Below, in pieces: positions 38,982 through 45,792 of a DNA stretch of 45,792 nucleotides. This stretch comes from Bugula neritina (taxonomy: Eukaryota; Animalia; Bryozoa). The position numbers were made by a program, and so were the translations under genes. The DNA lies in contig CAXIUT010000128.1 of assembly GCA_964035545.1 (NCBI GenBank), forward strand, positions 1-45,792, read 5' to 3'. Each line of letters opens with the position of its first letter. The stretch's first letter is position 1. The notes under the pieces are model-generated. The model was given only the letters and a program-made list of their open reading frames with translations, did no database searches and was not told the origin of the DNA.

Positions 38982-41900
38982 TCATTGCTTCCATTCCGAT
39001 TTGACTTTCTTCCTCAACTCCTAAAATTCCTAAGAATCCTCCTGTCTCAATGAAAACTACCCAAGCACCACCTTCTAAATCTATTCATCACATCCATAAA
39101 TGAAAAACAACGCTTTTGATATCACAAATATATTAGTCATTTTCCCAACTCTTTCTACTATCTATCGATGCTTCTAAGTAAGAATTCCTCTTGACTGACT
39201 ATGATACACACTTATGGCCCGTTCAAAGAAATCAACCGGAATTAGGCCATGAAGATTACCATTTTATTATACCATTGATAAACTACTAATGATATCCATA
39301 TGGGCTTAAGTTATCAACTAACGGTATCTTGTTTGACTTTACCTGATAAATTGACAAATAATAGTTAATATTTATAAACTTTATACTTTATCTATTAATT
39401 TTTTCATTACTTTTGAAGCTATTTGCTCATTCTATCCCCAGAAAATAAGTTTTTGGATGATATTCCAAGCCTAATCATCAACTTCTTACACCCCATTTAC
39501 TCTACCTATAACTTAATACAAACTTAACTCAACTATATCGACTGATTATTTCGAACATAACTATTTTAAAACCAAAGAATTCGCTTTATCCATGGGTTGC
39601 TGCCTAATTTCCAACAAAATTTATTTCCTCTGATTCGAATCAAACATAAACTTGATAATTTGACTATCAGCCACATACAAATCCAAAAAAGATCTACTCA
39701 CACTCAAACCAACCTCATAATTCAATACCATCCTCCCGAAAAGACCAACCAATTCCACATTAGCCGACGGCTTCGACTTCCAAAAATCAACCTACTACAC
39801 TATCTCCCGCATCTCTTTGTTTCTATACTAACGATAAGTAATATATCGATGATTGCCATCCTCTCTTACCAATTTGTAATACAGATATCTGGCCATCAAT
39901 TCTGCAACTTTGTTCATATCGATTGCCTCCCTTCTCATAGCCTACATCATGAAGTTGCTAATAAATGATACCCCTTTGCAGTAGTTGACAGCATAGTTGA
40001 ATGCTCTTTGAGGCTACGTGCTTAGCAATTTAAAAAATAATCTGTTTTAGGCATGCAAAGATGGATCTTTACCAAAAGTCAACTCAGCAGTCAAATTGGA
40101 ATACTACGTCTAATTCAAAATCAACTAATTATCCAAAAAGACATATTTCTATTCTTTGATAAACTACCCCAATTTTTTAATATTTCTCAATGAATAAACA
40201 GATTATTTATCTTTATTACCTTATTTAGATTTATTTCTAATATCCAATATAAATTCCAAATCCTCTCCTCTCGAGCAATACCCAAAAGCAACTTCAACAA
40301 AATTACTATCAACATTGTGGTTATCCCTCAAAATGCCAACCAACTATCGACTCAACCAAGGCGGCTCATACCGAATTACATCTTCAATAGTATGCAGAGC
40401 CAATTTGTACTTTTTAAGTGTAAAACATTTACTACATAAATATATTTTGAATTTTAGCAACTGATCAGTTATCACAGGAACAAAGGTTGTACTACTATCA
40501 GTATAATTTTATTTTATGCAGGATTGCTGCGCAAATAAATAATCAAAATCTATCTGCTATATTTTGGCAGTATAGGTATCAGATAAATAGTACAGATGGT
40601 TAATAGCTATCTATTACTTCAATGGCAATGGCAACACTAGATCTTTATCCTCCAAATATTTATAATACCGATAGTATGCGCCTACATAATGACTGGGCTC
40701 GTTTTTGATATCAAGACCCAAAACGTTCATCAAGATCGATATTCCACTCTCATGTCCCTTGATCTTTTTATTGAATATTTTTATCAAATGATCAATGACT
40801 AGTACTTACACAGTTTAATAACTAATGTCATATAATTTAGAATTCTACTAGTTGATAAGAATATTTATCTACTGATAGTACTATCTTGCTAACAGTTCTA
40901 GGAAGAGAAGTTGATGTATGGCTGTGTTGCTGATAGAATTATGGGTGATATATGATCTAGAAAATTGTAAAAATTTTAATAAATCATATAAATTAGCAAA
41001 CGCATATTACCTAGAATCGATTTATATCTTTTTAGTCTAGATCTATCTAGATTCAAGAAATGCTACTATCAACTTCTTCAATAACTACAAACCCCCCTCC
41101 TGGTACAACAACAAAGACTACCCACTTGTTTATCTCAGATCTGTCGATATGATATGATACACGTCTTATACTGCAACATTAAGACCAAAAACATACAATA
41201 TTTCAACAACTTTAACCAATTTGACAAATCTATTTTTACTTTATTTATCTATTTTAAACATCTACCCCAACTATATCAAAAAACGACTGTATCTTCCAGT
41301 CTAACACCTACCTAGAACAACTTTATTCATTATACCCGAAAACTACCCTCGACTCCCCTTCAACTACAAATACCTATGCTCTATCAAATGGACCAATAAA
41401 GATATATGAGCCTATGATGAAAAACAATACTATAAAATATTTTATGTCCATTTTTAGTGATGATTTTCATAGATATCGAAACAATGTATAAGAATCGGTG
41501 TGTCTTCTGTTGCGCGTTCTTGGTAGAAATAGTGGATTGATTGTGTTGTTGTCCATTTGGTGAATTAAAGGTATGATAGATTGAGTTTTCCTAGGGCATA
41601 GAGAAACATTGAAAAGAATTTTATTTTTAGGTATAGCTAGTTGTCAGATTATGATAGCATGTATCCTTTCAGTGGTAGACTATGAATAATCAAATCAGCC
41701 GTATCAGAATTATCATAATCTAGAAAGATCTTTATCGCCTAAATATAGATCATTTTGATATCTGATACCATTCTAACTTATTAGATCATTATTTTGTATG
41801 ATTATGATGATAGATATTGACTTATTTGTTAAAATTATTCTTTCATGATCTATATTTTTTATTTTCTGATGAAGAATCTTAGAAAATGAGAGATATCTGA

Positions 41901-42407
41901 TATTACTATCTATTTTTGGATTAGCTAGGAAATGAATTAGGGGAATTATGTGAATATTGAGGGGTAGTTGAAGAAAATTGCTTTTTAGAAAAGTTATTAG
42001 TTACATGAGAAATATTCATATAATATTAGTAGTTTTTATTTTGATGGCATATCGCTATTGATACTGCTTTAGTGGAAATCTTATACAACAAAAAATGAAT
42101 GTGCCAATCTACTCCAATAATAAGTAAACAACTCTTTCCTCTAACTTGATTTCAAACCTCCAGACTCCCCCTTGAAATACTCCAACAAAATAGACACATA
42201 ATGCTGATATTTCTACCTACTATTCAAACTCCTCAAAAACCCATTCACCACCCCCTCACACTACCCCCACTCCTAGCCGCCCAACAACACCAACAGATCT
42301 TCCTGCGAACGACCCGACTGATTCCACTGCTCCAACGGACTCAACACCAACTCACCTACAGAACCATCGCGCTCTTATTTCGATAGTTTTGATGCCTGCT
42401 TTCCCAT
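38982..42407 (-). CDS. Large hypothetical protein with predicted N-myristoylation
   Basis: Starts MGKQASKLS (MGxxxS); long TGA-free segments under TAR=Glu; ends KSEWKQ-TGA; internal frame changes not fully resolved. Confidence 0.6.
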
Positions 42408-42436
42408 TTAATAATTATAAACTAACAAATTACAAA

Positions 42437-43063
42437 TCATATCAATTTTCTATTTGGCGATTGGTATTGCTAACGCAGATGGACATGGATTAGATGCTGC
42501 TGGTATTGCTTGTCTAATTGGGTCAGAAGTAGATCAGAAGTTGCTTTGATGTTTTTTTTCATTTTAGATAAGTAGCGGTCTTGCAGCTGTTTCTCATAGT
42601 TTTGTCGATCTCCGTATTTTCTGATTAGTTATAATGATCTATTTTTTTTGTTTTTTATTTGACAAGAATTATAACTTTTCTTTTTACTTTTTGATATTAT
42701 GTTCATAGATTGTAAAACCAAGTCCAACCTTTGAACTCTACCCGTCGACATCTCATCTTTAATATAATTATCTGATGAAGTTATATGCTAATTACTCTTG
42801 TAAATTTAATTAGAATTAGAAAGTTAGAGTTTCTGACTGTTTTTACTGTTCTTATGCATTTTCTTTCTTTTCCTTCTTATCATTATCTTTTTCTATCTAC
42901 TATTGCTATAATTTACTCTCCTATTATTGTCTTTGTGATTATTTATAATATTGTCTTTTCGACTATCGCCTATCATCATCTTAGCTTCACTATGATTTTA
43001 TATTGATTTCGATATCTATTCGAATGATTGATTTTCTTATTTGATTTGTTTATTTTTATCCAT
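42437..43063 (-). CDS. Hypothetical basic low-complexity protein
   Basis: MDKNKQIK... to NRKLI-TGA with at least one unresolved frame change. Confidence 0.45.
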
Positions 43064-43157
43064 TATTTTTTTAAACCTTTTGATTTTTTTTTATAGCTGC
43101 TTTATTTTGTTTTTTTACATACTACTAATAATAGCTGTTATAATATTAGATTCAAAA

Positions 43158-44387
43158 ATGTTGCTACCTCCAAAACCAAAACAAAACCACAAAGATTAAG
43201 ATTCAATCATAAATAGTTTTTACCAATAAAGAAAACAAAGAATCAATAGCCAACAACACCACAACCTCCTCAAAAAAAATATATCCTTCTTCCACAACAA
43301 CCAACAATCATAACCAAAATAATCATCTACAACCCATCAAGAAGCATCTACAACCCATCAAGAAACATCACATAGATCATTGTAAAATATACAGAAAAAT
43401 CAAACAAAAAAATTATCAATACCTCCTCTACCTCATCATGTCTAGTCTAGTCAAATCAACATGTCCAAACAAAATAGAAGCAAATCTTTGTTATTATTGG
43501 AACGATCGCAAGGCAGCATCGGGTAAAAATTGTCTTCGAACTAAAATCAACATCAGGAGGAGGAATAGTTCAGATCGTAAATTAAAAATAGAATCAATAA
43601 AACTATCAATATCAATCAGTATCTCAGTCAACTAGAATAAAAAAACATCGATGATCAAGTTTAAAATATCAAATAGGAAAAAGGAGTATAAAATATGAAG
43701 AAAATATCATAAAACCAAATCAGAACCAATCATTTCATTCCATCACAATAGCGATCGCCATCATAGAAAAGTCTATTCCACTAGAGTTCCATCCACGAAG
43801 GAGGCAGCCGCATATAGCAATCAGAATCATTCAGCATGATTTCGCATTACCCATCTAATAGTCGAAAAGATAGTCATAGATAACATAGCGGCTAGGATAG
43901 AAATATGATAGAAAGGAGATCAAGAGCAATCAAACATACGTTTGGAAGCAATAAATCATCAAAATCATCACATTCTAGCTTAAAAAGATATCATTAACCA
44001 GAACATATTCATAACTGCTTGACTAACTAGGAATTAGAATAACTCAATTAAAATTCACATCCTCTCAGACAATCAACTCATCTAAGAGAGTCAACTCATC
44101 TTAGGGAGTCAGCTCATCTAAAGGAATCAAAGAAGTAAAATATTCAGCCTCTCAGCTATACACTCAAATACAACTACCCTGAACTTAAAGTATAATAGAA
44201 GTAGAAAAAAAGAGTTCAATCTCTTGAATAATAAATATAGTAATTAAAAGCAAAAAGCAAGAAGCAGTAAAAATTCATTCAAAGCGTCATGAAGATGAGA
44301 AAGATCATGTCTAACGACTAATCCTTGAATTAGAACTGTTCATTAAAGGAACTGTGGCGCTGGGTGAAGCAACTACCAAAAAAATGA
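43158..44387 (+). CDS. Hypothetical low-complexity protein with C-terminal coiled coil
   Basis: 410-codon open frame; internal 21-nt duplication (STTHQE twice, ~43322-43364) and STHLRE-type 18-nt repeats (~44071-44130); ends ELWRWVKQLPKK-TGA. Confidence 0.8.
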
Positions 44388-44478
44388 ATAATAATAATTT
44401 GATATATATGATATTATTTCAATAATATTACTAGGATATATGCTAATTAGAGCAAATGATGAGGATAAGATATTAATA

Positions 44479-45407
44479 TCAGCGATTTGCTTTGAGTTTT
44501 GCTAGAAAAGTTTAATAACGTTTCCTTTATAGATCTCTAAAATTTAACAATTGTTTCTATTTTTGCTATTTCTATTTAATAACTATCTTCAATCTACCCT
44601 ACAACCTCACATTCTACTACTTTAGCCACTCTTCCCTAACCTTTATTTATTCTTTGTCCTTAATATTTTAATTTTTATCTATTTTTTATTCCATCGACTT
44701 GATTGTCTCCTTGAGTTGCTTATTCAATTCGATCTAGCCATCATATAACAGCCTAACTGACTAGATTTATTTGATCAATCGACTATTCTAAATCTTTAGC
44801 TATTTCTTAGCAATTTTTATCAATTGCTAAACATTATTATGTTTTATATTACACTTTTAAAACTACAACATCAATACCTCAACCATAATATCCAATTTCT
44901 ACATCTAGAATAAATTCTCATCCATCAACTCACCCACACCCATCTCTATTTCCCATATTCTTTTATTCTATCTATGCTCCCCATCAGAAAATATACTGCT
45001 TTTCAATTTAAACTAAGGAGGCATCAATAAACCAGATTAACTATGAATTTTTATCTATGACTACTCACATCTTTCCAACTGATTTTTGATCAATTTTTAA
45101 ACTTCTTTTAATTTATTGGATATTTTATTCAGATGTCCGCACACTTATCTTTGGAGTTTAGATCTCAACTGGCACTCTTACTCGTGCTTGTCTTTGAAAA
45201 GCTAGTAAAGTCGAAATTATCTTATGTTTTTTAGTTGGGAATAAATGGTTTAGATTTTTTTGTCCATTTAAAGGATTACAATGTTTTGCTGGTCGATTAT
45301 TTACTATTTTTCTTTTAAGACTGCGATCAGGTCTAAATATAACTATTGTTACTTCTGCTAGCTTATATATCTTTAAGTTCTGATAAAATTTGGAGGTTAT
45401 CTGTCAT
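44479..45407 (-). CDS. Coiled-coil hypothetical protein
   Basis: Open after removing a 20-nt intron (45333-45352); E/K heptad-rich; ends KANR-TGA. Confidence 0.75.
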
Positions 45408-45675
45408 TATTTTTATTCTAATAAAAAATAATTATATAACTTAATATAATTTAAACTGTGCTTAAATTGTAGGATAAAGTACTATCAAAGAAGCAGTATA
45501 GATATCTTGAGTGTTCGTTAAATGATAAACTCTGTTAATATAGTCCTATACATAATTTTATGAAGTGATAGTTAACTATTTATAAATGGCTAATTACTCA
45601 ACTATTAAGATAATAGATAATTTATTCAACTATGAACATGATTTATTGATTATCTAGATAATATATTTTTTACAA

Positions 45676-45792
45676 GGGGTTGGGGTTGGGGTTGGGGTTG
45701 GGGTTGGGGTTGGGGTTGGGGTTGGGGTTGGGGTTGGGGTTGGGGTTGGGTTGGGGTTGGGGTTGGGGTTGGGGTTGGGGGTTGGGGTTGGG
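45676..45792 (+). repeat. Right telomere, (TTGGGG)n
   Basis: G4T2 array to the sequence end; one TTGGG unit at ~45746-45750. Confidence 0.99.

Noticed and set aside
23049-44130. Short tandem repeats as CRISPR arrays or mobile elements
   Set aside because: Unit lengths are multiples of three, in frame within proteins, with no spacers, terminal repeats or transposase motifs.
45746-45750. Variant telomere unit TTGGG
   Set aside because: Single occurrence, consistent with the homopolymer deletion pattern seen throughout.

Overview
This window is a complete telomere-to-telomere ciliate macronuclear chromosome of 45.8 kb, with (C4A2)n at the left end and (T2G4)n at the right. It is very AT-rich and carries about 33 tightly packed protein genes. 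The supplied ORF track is largely misleading because TAA and TAG both read as Glu and TGA is the only stop (peritrich-type code, NCBI table 30), as shown by many invariant Glu positions. Genes are interrupted by tiny GT-AG introns of 19-23 nt, mostly 20 nt. Recognisable products: Sen1-like SF1 helicase, SCP/CTDSP phosphatase, RLP24, thioredoxin-like, Hook-like, two protein kinases (one Aurora-like), MPDU1, SLC25 carrier, DIM1, RBM42, EB1-like, vacuolar-sorting-receptor-like, a RING-YEATS fusion, a divergent Rh/Amt channel, a PH-domain protein, a DHHC palmitoyltransferase, PPP1R36-like and calcineurin A-like. Unexplained structure includes a sub-kilobase C-rich/G-rich strand-skew oscillation that ignores gene orientation, a near-obligate TGA-T stop context and one in-frame TGA. 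Many single-base deletions in homopolymers, probably read errors, break reading frames. Gene boundaries were therefore read by hand and some are approximate; no database searches were run.
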